Source: Deltaproteobacteria bacterium
GTDB taxonomy: Bacteria; Myxococcota; Kuafuiibacteriia; Kuafuiibacteriales; Kuafuiibacteriaceae
NCBI GenBank assembly: GCA_040218735.1
Contig: JAVJQW010000019.1
Span: 96,001 to 160,000, forward strand
Length of the DNA: 64,000 nt
Direction: 5' to 3'
The notes beneath the pieces are model-generated. The model saw only the letters and a program-made list of their open reading frames with translations, had not been told where the DNA came from and searched no databases. Numbering within the stretch: the stretch's first letter is position 1; each line of letters starts with the position of its first letter. This document shows positions 18,389 to 28,907 of this stretch, in pieces. A program made the position numbers and the translations under genes.

Positions 18389-21187
18389 TCAGTCCACGAT
18401 CGCCTTCACCAACGCGTCCAACCCCGCCTCGACATCCGCGCCCAGGTGCACGCGCACCAGGCGTCGCTCGCGCTTCGACAGCGCCAGAATATCCCCGGCC
18501 TCCTGCGCCCGCTTCAACGCCCCAAACGTGTAGCTCTCGCCGGGGACGTCCAGATCCGTCGCGTCGTCGCTCGTGATCACCAAGAACACCCCGTTGTTCG
18601 CGCCGCCCTTGTGCAGCTGCCCCGTCGAGTGGAGGAACCTCGGCCCGTACCCGACCGTCGTCGCCACCCCCTTCGAGTCCCGGAGGTGGTGCCGGATCGC
18701 CTGCAGCCGCGCATCGTTCGCGTCGTTCATCTCCACGTACGCGTTGAGCGCCACATAGTCCCCGTCACCCGCACGACCCAAGTGCGCCTTCAAAGCCGCC
18801 GCCAGATCCGACGCCCCCTCGAAGACCCCCGCGTTCGCCGCGTCGGTGCTCAGCGCGATCCCGTCGAACGTTCCCACCGACTCCAACTTCTCGACGTCAC
18901 GCCCCTCGAGGATCTCCTTCGTGAACGTCTTCGACTCCTGCACGTTCGGCTGGTCGAACGGGTTGAAGCCCATGACGTGCCCCGCCGTCGCCGTCGCGAT
19001 CTCCCAGCGGAACATCTCCTGCACCAGGTCCTCCGGCTCCGGCAGCACGAAGCGCAGCACCGGGTGCCCCGCCGCCTCCAGCGCCGCGAGCTTCTCGACG
19101 TCGTCAGCGACGTCATCGCCCGCCACCACCAGGTGCGCGAACACCCGATCGCTCCCGTACACCTCAGGCGCCCCGAGCGACTCCCCGTCGATCGGCACGA
19201 TCCCCTTGCCGTGTTTGCCGGTGCTCTCCGCGATGAGCTGCTCGACCCAGGCCCCGAACGTCGCGATCGACGACGAACACACCAAGGTCAACTTGTCCCG
19301 CCCAGCGAGCGCGAGCTCGCCGAGGATCACCCCCAACCGAACGCCCGGGTTCGCGTGCGGCGGCACCGACGCGTCACACGAGCCGATCATCAACCGCGCA
19401 CGGTCCAACAGGTCCTGCACGTCCATCCCCATCGCCGCCGCCGGCACCAAGCCGAACGGGGACAGCGCCGAGTAACGCCCGCCGACCTCCGGGTCGCCGT
19501 TGTAGATGCCACGGAAGTCGCGCTCCATCGCCATGCGCTCCAGCTTCGAACCCGGGTCCGTCACCGCGATGAACTGCCCGCCGTCCGACTCCCGAGCCCA
19601 GAAGAACGAATCGAACGCGAGCGGCTCCGTCGTCGTGCCGCTCTTGCTCGCGACGATGAACACCGTGTCGTCATCACCGATCGCCGAGACCATCGACGCC
19701 ACCTGCGCCGGCACCGTCGAGTCCAACACCATCAGCTCCGGCGCGTCCTCCTGCGCGCCGAACGTCGCGCGGAACACGTCGGGCGCGAGCGACGAACCGC
19801 CCATGCCCATCACCACCACGCGCCGCACGCCGTCGTCGCGCAGGTCGTCGATTAGATCCTCGAGGTGCTCGACGTTCGCCTCCATCGTGTGCGCGATGTC
19901 GAGCCAACCCATGTACGAAGCGGCGACGCCGTGGTCCTTCGACGTCGTCCCGAACAACGTCCCGTCGCGCGCCCACAGCCGACGCACGAACGACGAAGAC
20001 GCCAGCCGATCCAACCGCGCCTCCACGTCCGTGCCGAACGATCCGATCGACACGTCCATCGTCGAGAGGTGCCCCGTCAGCGCCGCCTCGCGACGCTGCG
20101 CGACCGTCGACAGCAACCCGTCGAACGCCACCGCGAACTTGTCGACGCCTTCCTTCTCGAGCTGCGCCGCCGCCGCGCCGAGATCGATCCCACACGCCGC
20201 CAGCTCCGCGAGCGCCGCCTCGGCGCCGTCCTGCACGAGGGTGTCCGCGACCTCGCCGTGGTCGAGGAACGCCTCGAACGTCTTCGTTGGGATCGTGTTC
20301 ACCGTGTCCGGCCCGATGAGCTGCTCGACGTAGAGTGTGTCGCGGTACGCCGGATCCTTCGTCGACGTGCTCGCCCACAGCAGCCGCTGCGGACGCGCCC
20401 CCGCCGAAGCCAACGCCGCCCACCGATCACTCGCGAGCAGCTCCGTGTAGATCCCGTACGCCGCGCGCGCGTTCTGGATCGCGACCTGCCCGCGCAGCGC
20501 ATCCAGCCGCGAAGCGAGCGAAGGATCCTCCGCCTTGCGCGCGTCGATCTGTCCATCGATCAGCGCGTCGATCCGGCTCACGAAGAAGCTCGCGACGCTC
20601 GCGATCCGCGACGGGTCTCCGCCGTGCTCCACGAAGTGCTCCAGCCCCGCGAGGTACCCCTCCGCGACTTCGCGGTAACGCTCGCACGAGAACAAGAGCG
20701 TGACGTTCACGTTCACGCCCTCGCCGATCAGGTGCTCGAACGCCGTGAGCCCCTCCTCGGTCCCGGGCACCTTGATCATGAGGTTGTCGCGACCGACGTC
20801 CTCCCAGAGCCGCTCCGCCTGCTCGACGGTGCGCTCGGTGTCGTACGCGAGGTGCGGCGAGACCTCGAGGCTGACGTAGCCGTCGACGCGATCCGTGTCG
20901 CGGTACGTCGGGCGGAGCACGTCACACGCGAAGCGCACGTCGTCGATCGCCAGGGATTCGTAGACCTCCATCGGTCCGACGCCCGTGCGGACCACGTGGT
21001 AGATCGCCGGGTCGTAGTCGTCGGAGGAGCCGATCGCCTTCTCGAAGATCGAAGGGTTGGTGGTGACACCCCGGACGCCGTGGTCGGCGACGAGCCGGTA
21101 GAGGCCGCCCGTCCAGATCATGCTGCGTTCGAGATCGTCGAGCCACACGGACTGACGGCGTTCCTGGAGGTCTCGGATTCGGCTCAT
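18389..21187 (-). CDS. tal-pgi: Bifunctional transaldolase / glucose-6-phosphate isomerase
   Basis: GVTTNPSIF, GYVSLEVSP, NLMIKVP, LLWASTSTK, then GMGGSSL, SKSGTT, VGGRYSALS, NPFDQPNV, GPRFLHSTGQLHKGG. Confidence 0.95.
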   Translation of the reverse strand: MSRIRDLQERRQSVWLDDLERSMIWTGGLYRLVADHGVRGVTTNPSIFEKAIGSSDDYDPAIYHVVRTGVGPMEVYESLAIDDVRFACDVLRPTYRDTDRVDGYVSLEVSPHLAYDTERTVEQAERLWEDVGRDNLMIKVPGTEEGLTAFEHLIGEGVNVNVTLLFSCERYREVAEGYLAGLEHFVEHGGDPSRIASVASFFVSRIDALIDGQIDARKAEDPSLASRLDALRGQVAIQNARAAYGIYTELLASDRWAALASAGARPQRLLWASTSTKDPAYRDTLYVEQLIGPDTVNTIPTKTFEAFLDHGEVADTLVQDGAEAALAELAACGIDLGAAAAQLEKEGVDKFAVAFDGLLSTVAQRREAALTGHLSTMDVSIGSFGTDVEARLDRLASSSFVRRLWARDGTLFGTTSKDHGVAASYMGWLDIAHTMEANVEHLEDLIDDLRDDGVRRVVVMGMGGSSLAPDVFRATFGAQEDAPELMVLDSTVPAQVASMVSAIGDDDTVFIVASKSGTTTEPLAFDSFFWARESDGGQFIAVTDPGSKLERMAMERDFRGIYNGDPEVGGRYSALSPFGLVPAAAMGMDVQDLLDRARLMIGSCDASVPPHANPGVRLGVILGELALAGRDKLTLVCSSSIATFGAWVEQLIAESTGKHGKGIVPIDGESLGAPEVYGSDRVFAHLVVAGDDVADDVEKLAALEAAGHPVLRFVLPEPEDLVQEMFRWEIATATAGHVMGFNPFDQPNVQESKTFTKEILEGRDVEKLESVGTFDGIALSTDAANAGVFEGASDLAAALKAHLGRAGDGDYVALNAYVEMNDANDARLQAIRHHLRDSKGVATTVGYGPRFLHSTGQLHKGGANNGVFLVITSDDATDLDVPGESYTFGALKRAQEAGDILALSKRERRLVRVHLGADVEAGLDALVKAIVD

Positions 21188-21279
21188 GGGCGGGGACTCA
21201 AGCGCGACCCTTCGGTCGCGTCAACACGCGCCTATTCGTTGGCGCGGGCGCCGGGTTTGGGGCACCATCCCCCCTCCTC

Positions 21280-22155
21280 GTGCCGTTCTCCTGGCTCCTG
21301 TTCGGGTCCGTAAAAGCGTCGGCGACCGACCGCGCGGAGGCCCTCGCGTCCAAGACGATCGAGCACGTCACGGACTCGACGACGTCCTGCACGACCGTCA
21401 CCGGGGGCAAGCAGACGAAAGGTGCGCTGCCGGTCACCTCCGACTTCTTCGACGCCGCGATCTACTCGTCGCGCGGACGCGGCTACGCGCGTTACAACGA
21501 GGACGGCGCGCAGCTCTTCCGCGACGAGCGCGGGCACGTCTACGCGGGCGTCTTCGACCAGGCCGGCGGGCTCGGCGGCAACGTCCGCGGCGAAGGCAGC
21601 GCCCTCGCCGCGAAGGCGTTGTTCGGCGCGTTCCGCAAGGTCGCCACCGCGAAGCCCGGCACGAGCGACATCCCCGCGCTCCTCACGCAGGGCGTGCAGG
21701 ACGCCCACCAGGCCCTCGTCGGCCGGCGCCAAGGCGAGGTGACGACCACCGTCGCGGTGATCGCCGAGCCCGGCCGCGCCCGCCTCGTGAACTCCGGCGA
21801 CTCCGCCGCGATGTTGTTCGATGCGAAGGGCGAGGGGAAGACACACACCGCCAAACACGAGGTCACCACCGCGGGGGGCATCGGCTGCCTCACCCACGCC
21901 GTCGGGCTGGAGCCGGAGGGGCCTTCGCCCGAGACCTACGAGTGGGGCCTCGCGAAGGGGGACTGGCTCGTGCTGTGCTCGGACGGGCTGCTCGACTCGG
22001 GGATGCCGCTCGACGAGCTCGGCCGGATGATGCGCGAGGCGGACAACGCGGAGGCGTTCGTGAACGCGCTGGCGACGAAGGTGCTGAAGCGGATGGCGTT
22101 GATGCAGGCGAAGCCTGACAACCTGACGATCATCGCAGTCAACGTCCTCGGTTGA
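21280..22155 (+). CDS. PP2C-family Ser/Thr phosphatase
   Basis: YNEDG, GVFDQAGG, NSGDS, LCSDGL, DNLTII. Confidence 0.85.
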   Translation: MPFSWLLFGSVKASATDRAEALASKTIEHVTDSTTSCTTVTGGKQTKGALPVTSDFFDAAIYSSRGRGYARYNEDGAQLFRDERGHVYAGVFDQAGGLGGNVRGEGSALAAKALFGAFRKVATAKPGTSDIPALLTQGVQDAHQALVGRRQGEVTTTVAVIAEPGRARLVNSGDSAAMLFDAKGEGKTHTAKHEVTTAGGIGCLTHAVGLEPEGPSPETYEWGLAKGDWLVLCSDGLLDSGMPLDELGRMMREADNAEAFVNALATKVLKRMALMQAKPDNLTIIAVNVLG

Positions 22156-22282
22156 ACCAACACACGGTCACCCCACCTCCATCCCCCGCTCCCGGTTCCG
22201 ACTCTTCAGTTCCCCGTTCCCAGTGCCCCAATCGGATCCACCACCCTCGAACCGCAGGTGATCCGCGCTACAATCGAAAGCG

Positions 22283-23590
22283 TTGGAGTTCTTCCACGTC
22301 CTCTTCGCCGGGGCCGCCTGCGCCGCCGCGGCCCTCGTCGCCTCGCGCACCGCGCGGGCGCGCCGCACCTTGAGCGCGTTGGAGCACCTCGCGGGTGAGC
22401 TCGGCTTCTTCCTCACCGAGCGCACCACGGGCGGCGGCACGATCGAAGGTGAGATCGAGTCTCGCCACTGCTCCGTCGAGATGCACGCCGAGCAGGACTC
22501 CACGCTGATCATCATCGGCGTGAACGCACCCGACGCGTTCGCCACGGACGCCCGCATAGCGCTCGATCCGCGCCAACCGATCGGCCTCGAATCGGACCTC
22601 GGCGTCACCGCCGCGTACGTGGACGGCGAGCTCCTCGACATCGCCCAGGGCGCGCACTTCTTCAGCGTCGACCGCGGACGCGCCGTGCTCCACTGGCGCC
22701 TCGACGCGCTGTCGAAGTGGGACGAGGACCCGACGAAACAACAGTGGCCGCTCGAGGGCGCGCAAGATCGCTTGCACCGCTTCGCGCGCTGGACGAGCCG
22801 CGCTGCGATGCGCAGCCACACCACCCCCGAACGCCTCGCGGAGTCCGCGATGCACAACCCGGATCCCGCGACGCGCATCCGCGCGCTGCGCTCGCTCCGA
22901 TCCTGTTACCCGAACACCGACGCCGCCCACGAAGCACGCCGCGCCGGGCTCGACGATCCGTACCCGGAGGTCCGCGTCGAAGCCGCTACGCGCCTCGGCC
23001 CCGACGGCCTCTCCGTGCTCGCGTCGATCGTGCGAGATCCGAAGATCGCCGCCGCGACGCGCGTGCGCGCGATCGAGCGCCTCGCGTACGAAGCCACGCG
23101 CCCGATGATGTGCCGTGTGCTGTTCGACGTCGCGTTCGACCCCGACCGCGAAGTGAGCATCCAGGCGATCGAGCGCCTCGCGCGGATCGCCGACGACGCG
23201 ACCGCCGCCCGCGTCATCACGATGGCGCGCTACCGCACCCTCGACGAGGGCCCGCTGATCGCGCTGTCCCGCTTCCTCGGCGTCCGCGGCGGCGAAGAAG
23301 CCGCCGCGCTCCTGCTCTCGCTCCTGGAGGTCCGCAGCGAGCCCGCGCTGATCGCCGCCGCGACCGAGTCCGCCATTCACCTCGGCCCCGGCGTCGCCGC
23401 GCGCGCGATGGCGATCCTCAAGGACCGCCCGGGCCTCGCGAAGCTCGGTGAAGCACGCCGGGCGATCGAAGACCTGCGCATCGCGATCGGCGAAGGCCAC
23501 CGCGGCGGCCTCGCCTTCGCGGGCGCCGACGCCGGCACCCTCTCCGTGTCCCGCGGCGAAAAGGGCGCGGTCAGCGTCGACGACGAATGA
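22283..23590 (+). CDS. Membrane-anchored HEAT-repeat protein
   Basis: N-terminal TM segment; DPYPEVRVEAA-type repeats; GGL..A...G.LS C-terminus. Confidence 0.7.
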   Translation: MEFFHVLFAGAACAAAALVASRTARARRTLSALEHLAGELGFFLTERTTGGGTIEGEIESRHCSVEMHAEQDSTLIIIGVNAPDAFATDARIALDPRQPIGLESDLGVTAAYVDGELLDIAQGAHFFSVDRGRAVLHWRLDALSKWDEDPTKQQWPLEGAQDRLHRFARWTSRAAMRSHTTPERLAESAMHNPDPATRIRALRSLRSCYPNTDAAHEARRAGLDDPYPEVRVEAATRLGPDGLSVLASIVRDPKIAAATRVRAIERLAYEATRPMMCRVLFDVAFDPDREVSIQAIERLARIADDATAARVITMARYRTLDEGPLIALSRFLGVRGGEEAAALLLSLLEVRSEPALIAAATESAIHLGPGVAARAMAILKDRPGLAKLGEARRAIEDLRIAIGEGHRGGLAFAGADAGTLSVSRGEKGAVSVDDE

Positions 23591-23629
23591 CGGAGCGCGC
23601 GGCGACCGCGCCATCCCTAAGCTCGCCGG

Positions 23630-24256
23630 ATGCTCGGCACGCTGATCGCCACGCTCGTCATCGCCGCTCCCAGCGCTCGGGTCGTGTCCGGACCGATCGA
23701 CTTCACGCCGACCGGCTCCGTGCTCCCGGCGAACGGGGTGCTGTTCGTGCTCTACGCCCACGCAGGCGGCTCGCCGGACGTCACGTACACGTCGAGTGTG
23801 TTCGGCTCCGGGACGCTCACCGAGTCGGCGCGCTACGGCGGGCTGGTGCTGTTCGATCTGCCGGAGGGTCCCGGGCCGCTCTCGATCACGATCGAAGACG
23901 ACTCGGTGCGCCTGCAGACCAACGTCGAGCTGACCGACACACGCGACGACGACGCCCCGGCGGCGCCCGCCGCAGTCGCCACCGCCTGGAGCCCCGCGTC
24001 CGACGACGCCCTCGCGATCGTGAACTACGAGGGGACCACCCCGGTCGACGTGTTCACCGAGAACTCGCAGTACTCGAACCGCCGGAACGACATCGGCGGG
24101 TCGTGCGAGACGGCGCGTGTCATCGACCACGCGGGGAACGTCAGTGACTCGGCACCGCAGGTCTGCGCCGACGCAGAAACCGGCGGCTGCACCACGAGCG
24201 GCGCCGCGTCGTGGTGGGTGCTCGCGGGCCTGCTCGTCGTCTACCGCCGTCGATAG
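23630..24256 (+). CDS. Secreted protein with MYXO-CTERM-like tail
   Basis: Signal peptide; IDHAGNVS; GGCTTSGAASWWVLAGLLVVYRRR. Confidence 0.75.
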   Translation: MLGTLIATLVIAAPSARVVSGPIDFTPTGSVLPANGVLFVLYAHAGGSPDVTYTSSVFGSGTLTESARYGGLVLFDLPEGPGPLSITIEDDSVRLQTNVELTDTRDDDAPAAPAAVATAWSPASDDALAIVNYEGTTPVDVFTENSQYSNRRNDIGGSCETARVIDHAGNVSDSAPQVCADAETGGCTTSGAASWWVLAGLLVVYRRR

Positions 24257-24888
24257 ATCCGCACCCAGTCCGGCCCCCACGTGAAGGGCGCGTACAGCGT
24301 GCGCTCGAGATCGAACGCGGCGTGATCGATCGCGTGCGACACCGCGACCACGCGCGCGTTCGGCGCGAGGGATTCGAAGCGCTCCACGAGCCGGGCGATC
24401 GTCGAACGTGAGAAGCCCGTCCAATTCACGAACGCGCAGTCGACGTCGGCGTAGTCAGCCTGCAAGGCATCTTGCGCTTCGAGCTTGGCCCCCGCCTGCG
24501 CGAGCGGGCGCGCGGCGACCAAGACGTGCTCCTGGACCAGCTCGTAGCCGGTCGCCTCGGCGTCGAGCCGACGCGCCGCCAAGAGTAAACGCCCGCGCCC
24601 GGCGCCGACGTCCACGACCCGCGAGCCGCTCCGCACCCGGGCGAGCCACAGCAACAGCACCCCCACGAACAGCGGCACCTCCCCGTAGACCAGCTCGTCG
24701 AGGGACTGGCCGCTGGCCTTCACACTCGCGACGTCGCGGTACGCGCGCGGCCAGACGTACGGCGACTTCGCGAAGCGCGCCCGGGTCAGGGCGAAGTAGG
24801 CGCGCAAGAGGTCCGGGCGCGTGGCCAGCACGGCCACGTCGATCACCCGCCAGACCGCGCCGACGAGGTGAAGGAAGATCCGAACCAC
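24241..24888 (-). CDS. Class I SAM-dependent methyltransferase (DOT1-like YGE motif)
   Basis: ELVYGEVP, VVDVGAGRG, FTWG. Confidence 0.75.
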   Translation of the reverse strand: MVRIFLHLVGAVWRVIDVAVLATRPDLLRAYFALTRARFAKSPYVWPRAYRDVASVKASGQSLDELVYGEVPLFVGVLLLWLARVRSGSRVVDVGAGRGRLLLAARRLDAEATGYELVQEHVLVAARPLAQAGAKLEAQDALQADYADVDCAFVNWTGFSRSTIARLVERFESLAPNARVVAVSHAIDHAAFDLERTLYAPFTWGPDWVRIYRRR

Positions 24889-24939
24889 CCCCGATGGTTA
24901 CCTCATCGGGGCTTTACGATCCCGCCGGCAGGCCCCAGG

Positions 24940-25479
24940 ATGACCCAAGTGAAGTCGAAGAAGCGCCTGTACCTGATGATCGCCCTCGTGTCCGTGCTCC
25001 TGATGTGGAGCTTCTGCGGCACCAACCAGTCGCAGGACGGCGGCGGCCTCACGCATCTGCACGACCGCCCCTGGCTCACCAACATCCCCGAGACCCCCAA
25101 GGATGCGACCAACGTGCTCGTGTTCGCGTCCGAGCACCCGATCGGCGTCTCGGTCAACGGCAGCCCCTACCAGCACATGGTCACGATGCTGGGTCACAAG
25201 GAGAAGGGGAACAAGATCACGATCGAGGTCCTGCAGGCGGGCAAGAAGTTCACGACGCTGGCGCGCACCTACGAATGCAAGGGCCCGACCAAGGACATCG
25301 ACCTGTGCCTCGAGCTCGGCCCGCGCATGAAGAAGCTCAAGTTCTTCAGCTCGACCAAGTGGCGCCAGGGTGAAGAGGGCACACCGAGCTTCGGTGTCGG
25401 CACGCTCCCGACCCAAATCGAGGCGAAGTCCCTCACCGAAGTCGACGAGCTCACGGGGCTGGGGCTCCTTCACCTCTGA
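24940..25479 (+). CDS. Hypothetical exported protein
   Basis: ATG 24940; N-terminal hydrophobic segment; strong host codon bias. Confidence 0.7.
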   Translation: MTQVKSKKRLYLMIALVSVLLMWSFCGTNQSQDGGGLTHLHDRPWLTNIPETPKDATNVLVFASEHPIGVSVNGSPYQHMVTMLGHKEKGNKITIEVLQAGKKFTTLARTYECKGPTKDIDLCLELGPRMKKLKFFSSTKWRQGEEGTPSFGVGTLPTQIEAKSLTEVDELTGLGLLHL

Positions 25480-25616
25480 TCCGATCCTGGGCAAGCCCCC
25501 GGAATCGCCGGTCCAGGGTGGGGGCTACAGACCACGGCTTTTCTCCGCTGACTCCGACCAAAACTGAATATTTCCGCTGACTTGTGCTGACTCGTCGGGA
25601 TCGCTAGCCTGATCGT

Positions 25617-27257
25617 ATGCGACGCGCTCTGCTCCTCGTCGCCGCGCTCGCGTCCGGGTGCATCGGTCGCATCGGCGACCCCGGCGCGGACGTGGACGGC
25701 GACAAGGTCGACCGCCCCGATCCCCCGGAACGCGAGGTCTGCGTCCCTGGCCAACCGCCGATCGTCCCGCGCCTGAAGCGGCTCACCTTCGCGCGCTACG
25801 ACGCCACGATCCAAGACGTCCTCGGCGTCGACCTCAACCCCTCCTCCGCGCTCGGCCCGCAGGTCGCCGGCATCACGCCGCTGCTGTGGTCCGGCGTGCA
25901 AGCCGCCGCCGCCGACGTCGCCGAAGCGGTGGTCTCGGACAACAACCGCTTCACCGCGCTCGTCCCGTGCCAGACCGACGACGCCGCCTGCGCGCGCCAG
26001 TTCGTCAGCACCGTCGGCCGCCGCCTCTACCGCCGCCCGCTCACGCCCGCCGAGGTCGATCGTTACATCGTCCTGTGGGACGCGCGCGCCGAGGTCACCG
26101 AGAACGACACCTTCGAAGAAGGCATCGGCGTCCTCCTCGAGGCGATGCTCCAGTCACCCACGTTCCTCCTCCGCGTCGAAGCATCCACGATGCAAGACGG
26201 CGAACGCATCGTCCTGTCCGGCTACGAGCGCGCCACCCGCATCGCCTACGCGCTGTGGGACGCACCGCCCGACGACGCGCTCCTCACCGCCGCCGCCGAA
26301 GGCCGGCTCGACACCAAGGAAGGCGTCCGCACCGAAGCGCGCCGGATGCTCACCTCCCCCGAAGGCCTCGCGAAGACCCGCCGCATGATGCGCTCGGCGC
26401 ACGCCGACTGGCTCGGTATGACCGGCGCCTACGCCGCGTTCTGGTCGAACACGCAGCGCGACAGCAACCTGTACCCCGAGTTCTCACCCGGCATCGACGC
26501 CGCGTTCCGCGAGGAGGTCCTGCGTTTCCTCGACGTCGTCGCGTTCGAGCGCGAAGGCGCCTTCTCGGACCTCCTCACTTCGCAGGTCACGCAGGTCAAC
26601 GCGCAGCTCGCGCCGATCTACGACCTCGACGGCATCGGCCCCGAGTGGACGACCGTCGAGCTCGACGCCAACCGGCCCGGCCTCCTCACCCGCGCCGGGT
26701 TCGTCGGCACCCACGGCCGCTTCTCGCGGGGGTCTCTCATCTTCCGCGGCGCGTTCGTGCTCACGCGCCTGCTCTGCCAGGAGGTCGGCTCGCCACCCGC
26801 CGGCGCCGACGCGACGCCGCTCCCGAGCGGCGCCGAGCTGCGCACCACGCGCGAGCGCGTCGAGGCGATGACGGCCGGTCAGCCCTGCTCGGGCTGCCAC
26901 ACCACGCGCATCAACCCCGCCGGCGCGGCGCTCGAGTCGTTCGACGGCATCGGCCGCTTCCGCACCGAGGACAACGGCGTCCCGGTCGACACCACCGGCA
27001 CCCTCACGATCGACGGCGAAGCGAAGTCCTTCGCCGATGCGCGTGAATACGCCGAGCTCCTCGCGGTCTCGGGTGAAGCGCAGCAGTGTTACGTCGACAA
27101 ACTCACCGCCTACGCGTTCAACGACGAACACGCACGGCTCGACTGCGGCGGCGGTGCCCTGACGACGTCGCTCGGCAGCGGCTCGCTCACCGACTTCCTC
27201 GTCGACCTCGTGTCCGACGACAACTTCCTGTACCGCGCCACGGAGGAAGCCGAATGA
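25617..27257 (+). CDS. DUF1592/DUF1588/DUF1595/DUF1587 lipoprotein with CxxCH
   Basis: RLTFARYDATIQD, RRLYRRPL, LQSPTFL, LWDAPPD, RPGLLT, TTRER, CSGCH, ESFDGIGRFR. Confidence 0.9.
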   Translation: MRRALLLVAALASGCIGRIGDPGADVDGDKVDRPDPPEREVCVPGQPPIVPRLKRLTFARYDATIQDVLGVDLNPSSALGPQVAGITPLLWSGVQAAAADVAEAVVSDNNRFTALVPCQTDDAACARQFVSTVGRRLYRRPLTPAEVDRYIVLWDARAEVTENDTFEEGIGVLLEAMLQSPTFLLRVEASTMQDGERIVLSGYERATRIAYALWDAPPDDALLTAAAEGRLDTKEGVRTEARRMLTSPEGLAKTRRMMRSAHADWLGMTGAYAAFWSNTQRDSNLYPEFSPGIDAAFREEVLRFLDVVAFEREGAFSDLLTSQVTQVNAQLAPIYDLDGIGPEWTTVELDANRPGLLTRAGFVGTHGRFSRGSLIFRGAFVLTRLLCQEVGSPPAGADATPLPSGAELRTTRERVEAMTAGQPCSGCHTTRINPAGAALESFDGIGRFRTEDNGVPVDTTGTLTIDGEAKSFADAREYAELLAVSGEAQQCYVDKLTAYAFNDEHARLDCGGGALTTSLGSGSLTDFLVDLVSDDNFLYRATEEAE

Positions 27258-28897
27258 AACTCTCGCGACGCAGTCTACTCAGTGGATTGGGCGCCTCCGT
27301 CCTCCTCCCCGCGTTCGGTCGACGCGCGATGGCGCAGGCCGCGCCGAGTCAGCCGAAGAACGCCGTCTTCATGTGGACGCCCAACGGCTTCAACATGAGC
27401 ACGTTCTATCCGCGCACCCGCCACAACGGCAGCGCGTTCGGGCCGCTCACCGCGGAGGCGTTCGCGGCGCGCCCGCTCGATACCGGCAACGAGGTGATCG
27501 ACGGCGTCCCGCGCGCCATCTTCCGGCACCCCGAGTGGGGCCTGTCGAGCCTCGGCGCGTACGCGGATCGCATGAACGTCCTGCGCGGGATGCGCAACTC
27601 GCGGCACGGCTTCCGCGACCTCGCCGACGGCGGCGACCACGGCATGAACACCGCGTGTCGTTTCACCGCCGCGGGAATCGGCTCCGGTCGCGGCCTCGCG
27701 CTCGGGCGCTCCGTCGACTACGCGATCGCCGAAGCGATCAACCCCACGATCGACGGCGGCCGCGCGCCGCTCGTCCTGCACGTCGGCCGCAACTCCGACC
27801 CGCGCAACGGCAACGGCACCAGCTTCGTCAGCTACCGCGGCTCCGAAGATCCGGACCCCGGCATCAACAACCCGTGGGTCGCGTACCGCCGCCTGATGGG
27901 CATCACCGGCGGCTCCCCCGCCGAGGACCACCTCGTCGTGAAACGTCGCCGCATCGCGGACCTCGTTCGCGGCGAGCTTCAGCAGCTCCAGAGCGGGATG
28001 CCGCTCGGCGGCTCGGACCGTCGTCTGCTCACCGACTGGCTCGGCCTCCTCGAGTCCACCGAAGACGACATGCGCAACATGAACATGATGTGCACGACGG
28101 ACACGCGCGACCGCGTGGCCCCGACGTCTCGCGTGCAGACCTACGAAGGACGCACCAACGACCAGCTCGGTCGCTACGAAGACTTCACGGACATCGGCGA
28201 CCTCATGATCCGCATCATCGCGCTGTCGATCCTCTGCGGTCACACCCACGTCGCGACGCTCCAATGGGACGCCGGCGCGGGTGGCCCGGCGTTCGGCGCG
28301 ATGAACATGGGCGACGGTCAACCCGGCACCTGGCACGGCGGCGAACGCCACCACGAGCTCTCACACCGCAACGGCAGCGACGGCGCGGAGCCCGGCTTCC
28401 TCACCGACGTCGAGCGCAACATGTCGTGGATTGACCAGTGGTACGGGCAGCGCTACCGCGACCTCCTCGGGCACCTCGACGACTTCAACCTCCTCGACGA
28501 CTCCGTCGTGGTCTGGATGCCGGAGTTCGGCGACGGCCGGCAGCACCACTTCATCGACATCACCGCCGTCGTCGCGGGGAGCGCGGGCGGCTACCTGAGC
28601 ACGGGGCGCCACGTCGACTGCTCGGCGAACGGCCGCTGGAACGATCGCCTCGACACCGAGACGAACGGCCCGCGCATCCGAGCGCACGACAACCCGGCGA
28701 ACGTCTACGACCTCGACATCGGCTGGACCGACGGCTGCACCTCGCACAACAAACTCCTGACGACCGTCTACAACGCGGTGCTCCCGCGCGACGGGAACGG
28801 GCAGCCGATGGGGGCGATCAACCGCTTCCCGGAGGTCGACACCGCCGACCCGCACAACCTCATCGAGGCCGGCGAGCTGGATCAGATCAAGGCGTGA
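27254..28897 (+). CDS. DUF1552 (HXXSHH-family) Tat-exported protein
   Basis: MKLSRRSLL; WTPNG; SVD; HHELSH; LLDDSVVVW.PEFG; AGSAGGYL.TG; ATGA overlap with the upstream partner. Confidence 0.9.
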   Translation: MKLSRRSLLSGLGASVLLPAFGRRAMAQAAPSQPKNAVFMWTPNGFNMSTFYPRTRHNGSAFGPLTAEAFAARPLDTGNEVIDGVPRAIFRHPEWGLSSLGAYADRMNVLRGMRNSRHGFRDLADGGDHGMNTACRFTAAGIGSGRGLALGRSVDYAIAEAINPTIDGGRAPLVLHVGRNSDPRNGNGTSFVSYRGSEDPDPGINNPWVAYRRLMGITGGSPAEDHLVVKRRRIADLVRGELQQLQSGMPLGGSDRRLLTDWLGLLESTEDDMRNMNMMCTTDTRDRVAPTSRVQTYEGRTNDQLGRYEDFTDIGDLMIRIIALSILCGHTHVATLQWDAGAGGPAFGAMNMGDGQPGTWHGGERHHELSHRNGSDGAEPGFLTDVERNMSWIDQWYGQRYRDLLGHLDDFNLLDDSVVVWMPEFGDGRQHHFIDITAVVAGSAGGYLSTGRHVDCSANGRWNDRLDTETNGPRIRAHDNPANVYDLDIGWTDGCTSHNKLLTTVYNAVLPRDGNGQPMGAINRFPEVDTADPHNLIEAGELDQIKA

Positions 28898-28907
28898 CCG
28901 GCGCCCG

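Noticed and set aside
22165-22235. C-rich short repeats (CCC(G/A)GTTCC-like) as a mobile or regulatory element
   Set aside because: Short, degenerate, low-complexity intergenic sequence with no supportable structure.
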